Assembly (NCBI GenBank): GCA_963726455.1
Contig: CAVSCK010000005.1
Coordinates: forward strand, 1-64,000
Length of the DNA: 64,000 nucleotides
DNA from: an uncultured bacterium
GTDB taxonomy: Bacteria; Zixibacteria; MSB-5A5; CAIYYT01
Reading direction: 5' to 3'
A program made the position numbers and the translations under genes. Every line of letters begins with the position of its first letter. The first letter of the stretch is position 1. Below, piece by piece: positions 41,042 to 51,110 of the stretch. Below the pieces are notes generated by a model, which was not told where the DNA came from, did not search any database, and saw nothing but the letters and a program-made list of their open reading frames with translations.

Positions 41042-41934
41042 TTTGTTACCCCCCTTTCGATCGATTTGAACTCCCCAGACTTTCCCGGTGGTGGCGGTGG
41101 GTAAGGCAGCTTGGAATCATCACCACCGCCACCGCCACCGCCGATGAGAATGATGACGGCACAAACCAGGCCGCCGCCTACAATTGATCCGCCGATTCGC
41201 TTAGTCCACCACCAAGTGGAGCGGCCACACTTGACTGCAAAAGCAATCTCCATGGTCTTCGTCGTGTCTTTCGTCCAGCCGAAGATCTTGACCTTTCTGA
41301 CCGAATCGGCGTCGGAAGGCAGGGGCGTATAACTCAGGATGGCGGAGATTGAATCCATTTGTGTGAAGGTGAGGTTCTCCGCGGGTGATTCCAATCGGAG
41401 TCTAACCGGCACATCCGACTGTCTGGTGGCAATCCGTACTTGTGCTTCTTTTCCAACACGTACTTCGACTGGCTGCTGAACGGCAGCAAATTCGAAGGAG
41501 CCAGGAGAAAGCGGCGGCAGCTGCTCCTGCATGCTTTCGCAAATCTGTTTGAGTTCGGGACTGATTTTCAGGGAGTCAAAGGGGAAATCACGCCGCCAAC
41601 TTAAGAGTTTTCTTATTGCATCTTCCGCGTCCGCCTTCTTCTCTTGTGCCCAATACGATTCGACCAGCAACAGACCGGCTCTGATCTTGACGTCAGTCGC
41701 CAACGAGTCGAAGCCGGAATCTGCGATAATCTCTCTTGTCACTCTGATTGCTTGATCATACCTGAAAAGCTTGTACAGTCTTTCCGCCTCAGTCAGCTTT
41801 TGCGCTAAACGCGTTTCAGTGACTCGAGCACTTTGTGTCGCACTATGCGCAGATGCCGCAGCGAGTAGGGCCACAGCCAGTACCAGCAGAAGCCGGCTGC
41901 CATAACGAATGCACCCTCTTGAACACGAGTTCAT
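41038..41934 (-). CDS. Secreted TPR-like plus Ig-like protein with C-terminal TM and Gly/Pro-rich tail
   Basis: Signal peptide; helical repeat AERLYKLFRYDQAI; C-terminus WWWTKRIGG...GGGGGGGDDSKLPYPPPPPG; overlaps the next gene by 4 bp. Confidence 0.7.
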   Translation of the reverse strand: MNSCSRGCIRYGSRLLLVLAVALLAAASAHSATQSARVTETRLAQKLTEAERLYKLFRYDQAIRVTREIIADSGFDSLATDVKIRAGLLLVESYWAQEKKADAEDAIRKLLSWRRDFPFDSLKISPELKQICESMQEQLPPLSPGSFEFAAVQQPVEVRVGKEAQVRIATRQSDVPVRLRLESPAENLTFTQMDSISAILSYTPLPSDADSVRKVKIFGWTKDTTKTMEIAFAVKCGRSTWWWTKRIGGSIVGGGLVCAVIILIGGGGGGGDDSKLPYPPPPPGKSGEFKSIERGVTK

Positions 41935-41950
41935 GTTTCCTCCACTCTTA

Positions 41951-43984
41951 CTAATTTCCCCCGGATTGTCCCGAGACGAAGAAGTATACACGCACCATCT
42001 GACTCGACTTGAGCGTGACTTCCGGCTCTTGTGCATCATTGCGCAAGTCATCGACCTGAACGCTGTCGACATGGAGATTTTGACTTCGATCAAAAGAGAT
42101 CTGGTATTTGCCGGGGATAAGCATCATCGTTCCTTGCGTAGAAACGTAATCGGTTTGTGAACTGTTCAGGCGGATCTTCCGATCTATCGGCTCTCCATTA
42201 GTGTCGATAATGGCTACCCCGAGTCTAGCGTTGCTTGGGGCGATATACATATTGCTCAGATCTACCGTCGTGTCCATGTCACGGGAGGTCACAGAAACAG
42301 TCACTTCGGTGATCGGATACTTCGGATGAAGGACCTTGTAGTGGTAGACTCCCTCGGGAACTGATGCATTCATCCGTCCTAAGTACTGATTGCCGGTCGT
42401 GTCATAGATGATTCCTGTCTGCGGAAGCACCCGCAACCTCATTGCGTACTTCGTAACAGGCGGCAAGCTGGCTTCCGGCTGGGGTGCCAATTCGAACCGG
42501 GCCAGGACTGAGGCCGAAACACCATCGGAATTGCTAGCGGTGAGTGTAACGCCACCCGGACCGCGCCAGGTTGGACTTGATGTCACGGTGGCGATTCGTC
42601 CGTTGAGCTTGACTCTAAGTCCTTCCGAAACCTTCGTCGTCCAGGTGATCGTGCTATCGCCGATAGATGGTTCCTCGATGAGTGAAGCGAGATGAATGAC
42701 TTGCTCTGCGCCCGCTCTAAACTGGTAGGTAGGTAAAGGAGAGAGCCTCAGCTCGCGGGGCTTGCATGCAAAGGTCGCCGAAGCCGAATCGCGTGTACCG
42801 TCCTGCTGCTCCGCCACCAACCAAATAGACACCCTGCCAGTCCATGAGGAGGACGGCTTTCTGAACGTCGCCGTCCCGTTTCCTGCAATCTCAACGCTCA
42901 ATTCGTGGCTGCCAGAAGAGCTCCAGTGCTTCACGAAAATCGCTTGATTGGGAGGCAGTAAAGCCCCAAGTTCAATCGGGACGAACGGCTGTCCTTTGTT
43001 GACCTCTTGCGACGGTACTGAGAATGCAAGGTGTCGATGGGGTCTTGGCCAGAGGACCAACGCCGAAACAAGAGCCGACACCAACAGTACGGCAGCTCCA
43101 ATTCGCAGCCAGCGATTCGTCGTGTGGCGTTTTCTGAACCGCTCGGTCTCTCCGGCACCGAGACTCATGGAATCGATTCGTTCGATAGCATCGCGCATTT
43201 CTTGCGCGCTTCGAAAACGACTGCCCGGCTTCTTGGCAATGGCCTTGAGAATCACCTCCTCCAGCTCCGGCGAGACATTGGAGTTCATACTCGTCGGGCG
43301 GGGGGGCTTGCGGCCGCAATGCATCTCCTTCAGAATGTAAGGATTGGTCGACTGAAAGGGGGGCTCACCACAGCAAACTTCGAAGAGCGAGATGCCCAGC
43401 GCGTAGATGTCGCAAAGCCAAAGGTCGCTGACTTCCGTTTCGACGAATTGTTCGGGTGACATGTAGAGTGGGGTACCTACGGCCTGCCCGGTCGCCGTGA
43501 GCTTGACGTCGTGCGTCTGACGGGAGATTCCAAAGTCAATGATCTTGACCTGGCCAAGCTCGTCAACCATGATATTGTCGGGCTTAAGATCGAGGTGGTA
43601 GACGTATTTGGAATGCGCATAGCCGATGCCGTCAAGTACCTGGAGAAACACCTTCTTGACAAGATTCAGATCCAACGAGCCGTCAGCAGCCAGTTTTTCG
43701 GCGAGAGTCTTGCCCTCGACGAACTGCATGGCAATCACCAAGTCATCATCATGCACGAAAAATGTTCTGATCTGACAGATGTTTCTGTGATCGAGTTTGG
43801 AATAGATTTCGGCCTCGCGCAGGAACCTCGCCTTTTGCGCTGGATCCATCAAAACCTTGAGGACGACAACCATGGCCGGTACGTGCACGTTCTTTGCGAG
43901 GAAGACCCTCCCCATGCCCCCGTGGCCGATCTCTCTGATTACTTCGTAGTCACCCAAACGACTTGCGGTCATTGAAGCGATCAC
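41951..43984 (-). CDS. Membrane-anchored Hanks-type Ser/Thr kinase with Ig-like ectodomain
   Basis: GHGGMGRV, VVLK, HLDLKPDN, DFG, GTPLYMSPEQ, DIYALG; one TM; extracellular Ig-like and PEGA-like segments. Confidence 0.92.
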   Translation of the reverse strand: MIASMTASRLGDYEVIREIGHGGMGRVFLAKNVHVPAMVVVLKVLMDPAQKARFLREAEIYSKLDHRNICQIRTFFVHDDDLVIAMQFVEGKTLAEKLAADGSLDLNLVKKVFLQVLDGIGYAHSKYVYHLDLKPDNIMVDELGQVKIIDFGISRQTHDVKLTATGQAVGTPLYMSPEQFVETEVSDLWLCDIYALGISLFEVCCGEPPFQSTNPYILKEMHCGRKPPRPTSMNSNVSPELEEVILKAIAKKPGSRFRSAQEMRDAIERIDSMSLGAGETERFRKRHTTNRWLRIGAAVLLVSALVSALVLWPRPHRHLAFSVPSQEVNKGQPFVPIELGALLPPNQAIFVKHWSSSGSHELSVEIAGNGTATFRKPSSSWTGRVSIWLVAEQQDGTRDSASATFACKPRELRLSPLPTYQFRAGAEQVIHLASLIEEPSIGDSTITWTTKVSEGLRVKLNGRIATVTSSPTWRGPGGVTLTASNSDGVSASVLARFELAPQPEASLPPVTKYAMRLRVLPQTGIIYDTTGNQYLGRMNASVPEGVYHYKVLHPKYPITEVTVSVTSRDMDTTVDLSNMYIAPSNARLGVAIIDTNGEPIDRKIRLNSSQTDYVSTQGTMMLIPGKYQISFDRSQNLHVDSVQVDDLRNDAQEPEVTLKSSQMVRVYFFVSGQSGGN

Positions 43985-44782
43985 ACTCCGCGAAAATCGG
44001 GCGGACTAATGAGATTGCCCGCACCATATCTTGAGTTACTGGCTGCTGATTGCCGCTGAAATATGGCAAGAGCAATCAAGTTGTCAAGCGGATTCTACCG
44101 GAGTCGGGCTATGGTGTAATATCCCAATTCGTGTGTAGAAGCAACAGTGAATCGCTCTCACACCTTCAAAGGGAGCCAACAATCGGGGATAAATTAGTTA
44201 GCTACGGCGCAGCATTCAGCAGGAACAATCTGCTATTCCCGGTCTTGAAACACAGCCTCCTCTAACATCTATCCAGCAAGACGGGCTGAAATAGAAGAGA
44301 ATGTTGAACAAATTGAGATAAGGGAGACTCGTCGGTATCATCCCTCAGCAACTATCATGTCTTAGAGTTAAGATGTTAAGAGAACCCTTGCTCTGGAGGC
44401 CAGAACAAATGCCGGACGTGGCAACCGGGCGGCATCGATGAGAGATTCAATCAGAGGCCTAAGCTGGCGACTCGCTACCAGAGACATGTCAATTCGAAAC
44501 TTCAAAAGGACCGTCTTCCCGCAAAGCTGACTCAGAGATTCCCGTCGAAGCAAGAGATCGAGAATGAGTAGATCACAATCGGGGGAGATTAGGATTCCCG
44601 GAGTGTAATTCCATCCGATGTTTCCGGTAGTTCAGGATGCGTGACGCTTCCTTACTTCGGAGATGGTATGGGTATTCAACCTATTGAGTCAGCCTGTGCT
44701 GACATATGTTCTGGTGAGACTACGTTGGTATGTTCTTGGTTCAAATGTAAAGGGCGAACTCTAGGCGCGGAAATTCGGCTGG

Positions 44783-44945
44783 TTGTCCCTGATTGTACCA
44801 AATTGTCCTCATATTGTCCCTGAAGTACAATTTAGGTTGCAAGACACTCTAGGTATCTAACTGAACCAGAGTCGCTGACTTACGGCGGATGTATGGCCGC
44901 GTTTCAGAGCTAGACCGCCTCTTACTGCACTCTTCGGAGTGTTTG
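44783..44945. repeat. TTGTCCC-array element, copy A (left arm and centre only)
   Basis: TTGTCCCT, TTGTACCA, TTGTCCTC, TTGTCCCT at 44783, 44793, 44803, 44814; aligns to 53530 onward at a constant 8747-bp offset. Confidence 0.75.
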
Positions 44946-45079
44946 CCGGTCTGCTTCGATAAAGCAGGACACACTCATTATAGGGTGGCGTGCGGCGACG
45001 CCGGCCATCTTTCGGAATATTACACAAAGACCGGGAGACGCTCCTGCGACTCCTGGCGTAACTCTCGATTCAAATGAGG

Positions 45080-45268
45080 TTACTTACACAAAGCACACGG
45101 CTGCGGTCCACCACCGAAGTTGTACTGAATCAGATATACGGCATCAGAAATATCCACCGCCTGATCGCAGTCTGCATCCCCGGCAGTAACTGGTTGCGGA
45201 GCGGGTCCCCCTGAGAAGATGTACTGGATCAGGTAGATAGCATCAGAGATGTCGACACTGCCGCTCTT
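45080..45268 (-). pseudogene. Orphan dockerin-encoding gene tail
   Basis: Reads [61 protein letters not shown] with no start; begins ~20 bp past the upstream gene's stop. Confidence 0.8.
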
Positions 45269-45288
45269 GCTAACTCGCCTGCAGACGG

Positions 45289-48200
45289 TTAGTCTTTGAC
45301 ACAGCGGACCGAGAAACCATAGAACTTTCTGCTATCGTAATGACCAACTTCCGGAAAATCGAAACTTATGCTCTGGTACCAAGCGTAGTTGCTGTTGATT
45401 ATTGTGGAAGACCAGAAGCAAGCATAGTTACCCAAATCGCCGAAGACCGCGTAATTGCTGCCGCGATAGCCGCCCGGCAAGGCGGTAAATCCGCTTTCAT
45501 TAGTGCCCGAGTTGGGGGGAAGCCAATGTGCGGTTCCGGTCTCTTTCATCTTCCAACCGGCAACTGCATCTCCTCCGAGATAGTCGACCAATGTCTGAAA
45601 TTCAGCGTCACTTGCCACATGCCAGCCAGCCGGCGCCAGATTGCGGCTATCTGCTACTGCATACCAGTTATATAATCTGCCGTATGTAACACCGTTACTT
45701 GCATCATTGTTATATTCGCAATAGGCTCCGGTCGTAAGACCAGCCCATGTGACGCCATCGGTTACATTGGGAATCGCATCGCCGTTGCGGTAGTGGGTCA
45801 CTTTCAGGTTTTCGGCCATCCACACCTGGGAACCAATGGTCACGGTCTGGTAGACATTGCCGTCAATGTCGGTCACTGACAAGCAATCTGGTTTAGGTCC
45901 ACCAGCAAAGATGTAGGAGATCAGGTATACGGCATCAGAGATGTCGATATTACCGCTGCAATCGGCGTCGCCGGAAAGCTCCGGATTCGGCGCCGGACCG
46001 CCCGCGAAGATGTAAGCAATCAAATGGACGACGTCGGAGATGTCGACGCTGCTATCACCATTGGCATCGCCACAGATATAGTCACAGGCATCGCCTATGC
46101 CGTCACCGTCCGTATCACTCTGGATCGGATTGTGAACGGTTGGGCAATTGTCACAGGCGTCACCGATGCCGTCGCTGTCTGAATCAAGCTGGTCGGGATT
46201 GGCGATCGTTGGGCAGTTGTCCGATTCATCCAGGATGCCGTCACCATCACGGTCCGCAAGAAATTTGGTCACAAAGACGTCCTTGCCGCCATTTTTCGTC
46301 ACCTGATAGGCGTTCTGGACAGGGAAGTTGGTCGAGTTGGTCCAGCCGGCTACATAGGCGTTTCTGCTGCCGTCGATTGCTATGCCAGCTCCTTCGTCAG
46401 CGCTGCTTCCCCCGAGATAGGTACTATACAGAAGGACATCTGCCGGAACCGGTGAGCTTGGTCAGGAATATATCACTGGCACCACCACCGAAGGTCGCCT
46501 GATAGGCGTCGTGTATCGGGAAGTTCGCAGAACTGGTGAAGCCGGACACATAGGCGGATCCGGTAAAATCGACCAGGATATCGCAGCCTTGCTCACTGCC
46601 GGTTCCCCCCAAATAAGTACTATACTCAAGATCGGTGCCAGAGCTGCCGAGTTTCGCCACGAATGCGTCAGTCGTGCCTCCACCATAGATGACCTGATAG
46701 GCATTCCGGGTAGGGAAGTTGGCTGAATTGGTCTTGCCGCACACGTATGCCCTGCCGCCGCTGTCCACGTCAATGCGCCATCCGGAATCATCAAGATTTC
46801 CGCCGAGGTAGGTGCTGTATACGAGAGCGTTTCCGGAGCTGGTGAGTCTCGGTCACGAAAACATCATTTGCACCACCGCCATAGAGTAGCTTGATAGGCG
46901 TTCTGTGTGGGGAAATTGGCGGAATTAGTATAGCCGGTTACATACGCGTTACCGTCAGAAGCGACAGAGATCCCCCGGCCCCATTCCAGTCCGCTTCCCC
47001 CTAGATAGGTGCTGTAGAGAAGAGCACTGCCGGCGTTGTCGAATTTGGCTACGAAGGCGTCGAACGCGCCACCACCATAGGTAGCCTGAGAGGCGTTATG
47101 AACGGGGAAGTTGACAGAAGATGTGCTGCCGGTTATGTAGACGTTTCCGGTGTCGTCAATCGCGATGTCCGAGCTATAATCTTCGAGCACTTCCCCCCAG
47201 GTAGGTGCTGTACAGAATGGTGTCGCCGGAGTTGCTGAGCTTGGTCACGTAAGCGTCGCATTCACCACCTCCGAAAAGCGACTGATATCCGCCTTGAATC
47301 GGGAAATCGGCGGAGAAGGTCTCACCGGTTACATACGCGCAACCGTCATTATCGACTGCGATGCCCCAGCCGAAGTCCTCCATGCTTCCACCAAGATATG
47401 TGCTGTACACCAGGCCATTCCCGGAGCTGTTGAGCTTGGTCACGTAAGCATCAAAGTAACCGCCACCGTATGAAGGCTGATAGGCGTTATAGGTGGGGAA
47501 ATCGGCGGACATGGTGGTGCCGGCAATGTATGCGTTGCCATTGTTGTCGACGGTAATCCATCCGCCATAATCGTCACCACTTCCCCCAAGATAGGTGCTA
47601 TAACTCAACACGGGATCTATCACCACCGCATATTGCGGTAAGTACTCTTCATCCAGCCTAAACCCGAACACGTTCCCCTCGCGAAGAAGATATTCTGCCC
47701 CAACTTCCTTGCGTTCGCCGTCGACGTACTGATACACCCTTGGAACCTGTTCGGTAACTCTTCCCCATTCTGTTTCGACCACCAACTGCCCGGCATCATC
47801 CACACACACATTCTCAGCACCGTCATAGCGAATCGCAATCTGCGACAGGTCAGCGCCGGCTTCGATCATGAAATCATATTCCAGCCTGCCATCGCCGCTG
47901 CTATAGTACTTGAGGTCGATGCTCGGATAGATATCTTCATACACGACAGCATTGAAATTGGGGACATCGGTGCGCCAATTGGTTGGGTCAATGCCGATAA
48001 AGTAATTGCATCTGTAGTCGATCAATCCAGCGCCGATAATCTGTGATTTGGGATTCGCACCGACCAACGTGGCGGAAATGGCCATCGTGATTACCGAATC
48101 GTCGCCTCGCGGGAGCAGTCCCGTTTGGTTCGCCATACCCCAGTCGTACCGGCGGTCAGGCGAAGTCGTCCCGGCGGGTATTCGCCGCCCGAACTGATAG

Positions 48201-48412
48201 TAGATCCCATTTTCAGTGAACCACGCCGTAAACCCACCAGCACGCACGCGAAACGATATCGATTCATCCCATTGTCCTTGATTCTGAGTGAATGATAAGG
48301 GTATCTGAGTCATTCTGGGCACGACCTTCGTGCTGCCTGTCGCCATGCACACTTGCAGGCAAACACACAATATCAGAAACCCTGCCACTAACAATCGTCT
48401 TTTCATTGTCAT
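45289..48412 (-). CDS. Secreted SBBP beta-propeller + TSP3 repeats + dockerin + FISUMP (Fibrobacter succinogenes major paralogous) domain protein; several frameshifts
   Basis: FTQNQGQ, repeated YSTYLGG, [24 protein letters not shown], dockerin, [22 protein letters not shown]...GFSVRCVKD. Confidence 0.85.
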
Positions 48413-48654
48413 CTCCCTCGGGTACGAGCGTTTTCTTCGCGCAAGCGGTTTGTCTTATTCAAACATGGACGCGACCATCGCCAATTTGTTCGATGCTTTT
48501 TGCCGGGGGCCGGCCACCTCGCATCTGGCCCACACCCATCCCGTCCGCATCCACTGCAGCGACACGAACTTCGACAGACTGCGACCCAACTTTCATTCTG
48601 TTCATGAAAGCAATATGCGTCCAAAGTCATCCTCTATGCTCTGTCGCCATTCGG

Positions 48655-50304
48655 TCACCTGCAACTCGCGCACGGAGCCGGTCCGCCGGCAAAAATGTAC
48701 TGTATCAGATATACGACGTCGGATATATCGACTGAGCCGTCGCAGTTGGCGTCACCCGCTGACAATGGCGTGGGCGAAGGTCCGCCACTGAAAATATATC
48801 CAATCAACGCAACTGCATCCGAAATGTCGATCGCGTCATCCCCATTGGCATCGCCGCACAAAGGACTCACTGGATCGGTAATCGTCACCGACACTCCCAG
48901 CGTGTCGGTTCTGGGGATCACATAGCCGTCACGAACGGCGACAGTAAAATAGTAAGTTGCTTTCCAAGTCGGAGTGCCCGAGACCGTGCCTTCACTGCCG
49001 CCCGTGAAAACGCATCCATAAGGAAGATCGCCGCCAACGAGGGACCACGTATAGGGAGCAGTCCCGCCTGCGACCTTGAACTTGTACGAATAGGGTCTGT
49101 GGAGGTAGCCTTCGGGCAATGTCTGGTCATGAATGTGCACGAACCCGTCACACCAATCGCCGACTCCATTTTCGTCTTCGTCCCATTGGTCGGGGTTATA
49201 GACCGAGGGGCAGTTATCACATACGTCCCCTACGCTGTCGGCGTCGCCGTCCTCCTGAGACGGATTAGACACCATTGGGCAGTTGTCAACTTCATTCTGG
49301 AGACCATCGCCATCGATGTCCGGGTCACAGAGATCACCCAGGCCGTCCAGATCGATGTCCGATTGATCGGGATTGAATGTAACCAAGCAGTTGTCACAGA
49401 CATCTCCGATGGAATCGCCATCGATATCTTCCTGCAGCGGGTTACTCACCGAAGGACAGTTGTCCAAGTAGTCGACGAGACCGTCCTCATCGGTGTCAGC
49501 GTGATAGATGTCGCATACGAAAGTAACGCTGTCGATATCATACATCGGCACGGCCAATTCCAGGCGATCACGATTGTAGAAAATACCCGAGGGTCCACGA
49601 TGACCACTCGAGAATTCCAGCGGCGGATTGGTGAAAGTACTGTCATATCGATAGACTTTGCCTTGTGTTGAGCAACTTATGTAGGTGTTACCGAACTGAT
49701 CGGCCGTGATGCCGTCGGCCATTCCCATAGGCGTGACAACTACTGTCGAGACCGCACCATCAGGCAAAGAAACCGCCAATATCGGCGCCTGGCCCGCATA
49801 CGAAACGACTAACAGCCTGTTGTTCTTCGCGTCGAAGATCAACGTCTGAGGGTAAAGCGGCAAACCGGCGGACACAAAAAGAGAACATGACAGATCACTT
49901 AATTGGATTCGGAAAACTCCCCTGAGCACTGCGTCTACTGTGTAGAGGAATCCCGACGTATCGGTGGTGACACCATCGCACTGTCTTGCCCCGGGGATGC
50001 TCGCCTCCCAGAGAAATTCAGCATTAGCGAGATTGTACGCATTGATGCTCCTCATGCGAGACACATAGAAGACTGTATCCCTGATATGGTTGCCCCACGC
50101 ACTACCGAGCCCGCCCAGATATATCGACTGGTTGCCGAGCGTGTCCATGGCTATGACCCTGCCATTGTTGAGACTGGAGACCAGGTACCGGCATCGCGCC
50201 GAGTCCCAGCTAACTGCTTCGGGACCGTCAAAATAGTTAACTGCCGGCAACGCTGATGAGAGCAGCAGTATGATGGCCGCTACTAATCCTAAGCATTTGA
50301 ACAT
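48655..50304 (-). CDS. Secreted SMP-30/NHL-like beta-propeller + TSP3 repeats + Ig-like + dockerin protein
   Basis: Signal peptide, GPEAV/DGIT blades, four DNC...NPxQ repeats, GGTAPYTWSLVGGDLPYG, C-terminal dockerin. Confidence 0.85.
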   Translation of the reverse strand: MFKCLGLVAAIILLLSSALPAVNYFDGPEAVSWDSARCRYLVSSLNNGRVIAMDTLGNQSIYLGGLGSAWGNHIRDTVFYVSRMRSINAYNLANAEFLWEASIPGARQCDGVTTDTSGFLYTVDAVLRGVFRIQLSDLSCSLFVSAGLPLYPQTLIFDAKNNRLLVVSYAGQAPILAVSLPDGAVSTVVVTPMGMADGITADQFGNTYISCSTQGKVYRYDSTFTNPPLEFSSGHRGPSGIFYNRDRLELAVPMYDIDSVTFVCDIYHADTDEDGLVDYLDNCPSVSNPLQEDIDGDSIGDVCDNCLVTFNPDQSDIDLDGLGDLCDPDIDGDGLQNEVDNCPMVSNPSQEDGDADSVGDVCDNCPSVYNPDQWDEDENGVGDWCDGFVHIHDQTLPEGYLHRPYSYKFKVAGGTAPYTWSLVGGDLPYGCVFTGGSEGTVSGTPTWKATYYFTVAVRDGYVIPRTDTLGVSVTITDPVSPLCGDANGDDAIDISDAVALIGYIFSGGPSPTPLSAGDANCDGSVDISDVVYLIQYIFAGGPAPCASCR

Positions 50305-50564
50305 GATTCCACCTTCCGCGTCATTGAAGTGTTGAGTTGCGTGGCCGTACAGTAAACCTCTCGGCGACCAACGGCGATCTCAAGATCAATGTTGATCCAG
50401 AGAGCCAATTCTTACATACCTGCAGAAGGACCCTGGGGACGTCGGGAAGATCAGGATGCGCAGATCGCATCGGCAAGAGACCGGTTGAGTATTCGAGTTG
50501 TTTTTCGGTCTGATAACCCTATCTTAATCGCTGACTTGGAGGGGATCGGCAAACTCAGCTAAAT

Positions 50565-51110
50565 ATGTCAGATGATATCAGCACCATCTACCGTGAGATA
50601 CTTGCGGGCGAACCTGCGGCAGAAGCACGACTTTTTCGTTTCCTGGACGTAAGCTTTCGGATGTTCGTTCGTCATAGAATTGTGAACGCCCAGGATCGTG
50701 AGGAAGTTGTGCAAGATGCCTTGGCGACAATCGCGGCGAAATACATGTCCGTTCAGATCGAAACCAGTTTTGCCGGCTGGGCTCATAAGGTGCTCAGCAA
50801 TAAGATCCTCGATTATTACAAATCCAAGCGGGTCCGGGCAGAAAGACAGGTCGCAATCGAAGTGGCGGAGACATTTCCCGGCAGTCCGGCTGTCCGTCCG
50901 GAATTGAAGAAACGTCTGCTGGCGTGTCTTCGAAAGCTACATGGGGTCAACTGCCTTCACGCACGAGTGCTCAACCTGCACTATCAGGGTTACACAACCG
51001 AGGAGATTTGCAGCAAGCTTTCGATCAGTTCCGGCAACTTGTATGTCATGCTTTCACGAGCGCGAACTCTGCTGCAACTCTGCCTTGAAAAAGGAGATGT
51101 CGAACAGTGA
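50565..51110 (+). CDS. ECF RNA polymerase sigma factor
   Basis: DREEVVQD, FAGWAHKVLSNKILDY, region 4 GYTTEEICSKLSISSGNLYVMLSRAR. Confidence 0.9.
   Translation: MSDDISTIYREILAGEPAAEARLFRFLDVSFRMFVRHRIVNAQDREEVVQDALATIAAKYMSVQIETSFAGWAHKVLSNKILDYYKSKRVRAERQVAIEVAETFPGSPAVRPELKKRLLACLRKLHGVNCLHARVLNLHYQGYTTEEICSKLSISSGNLYVMLSRARTLLQLCLEKGDVEQ

Noticed and set aside
43990-44780. Long intergenic region upstream of the kinase as an ncRNA or hidden gene
   Set aside because: Only short ORFs without RBS or motifs, and no convincing structure or repeat could be seen.
45289-45480. FISUMP C-terminus as a diversity-generating retroelement variable region
   Set aside because: No template-repeat copy or reverse transcriptase is visible in the window. 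A remote DGR cannot be excluded without a genome search.
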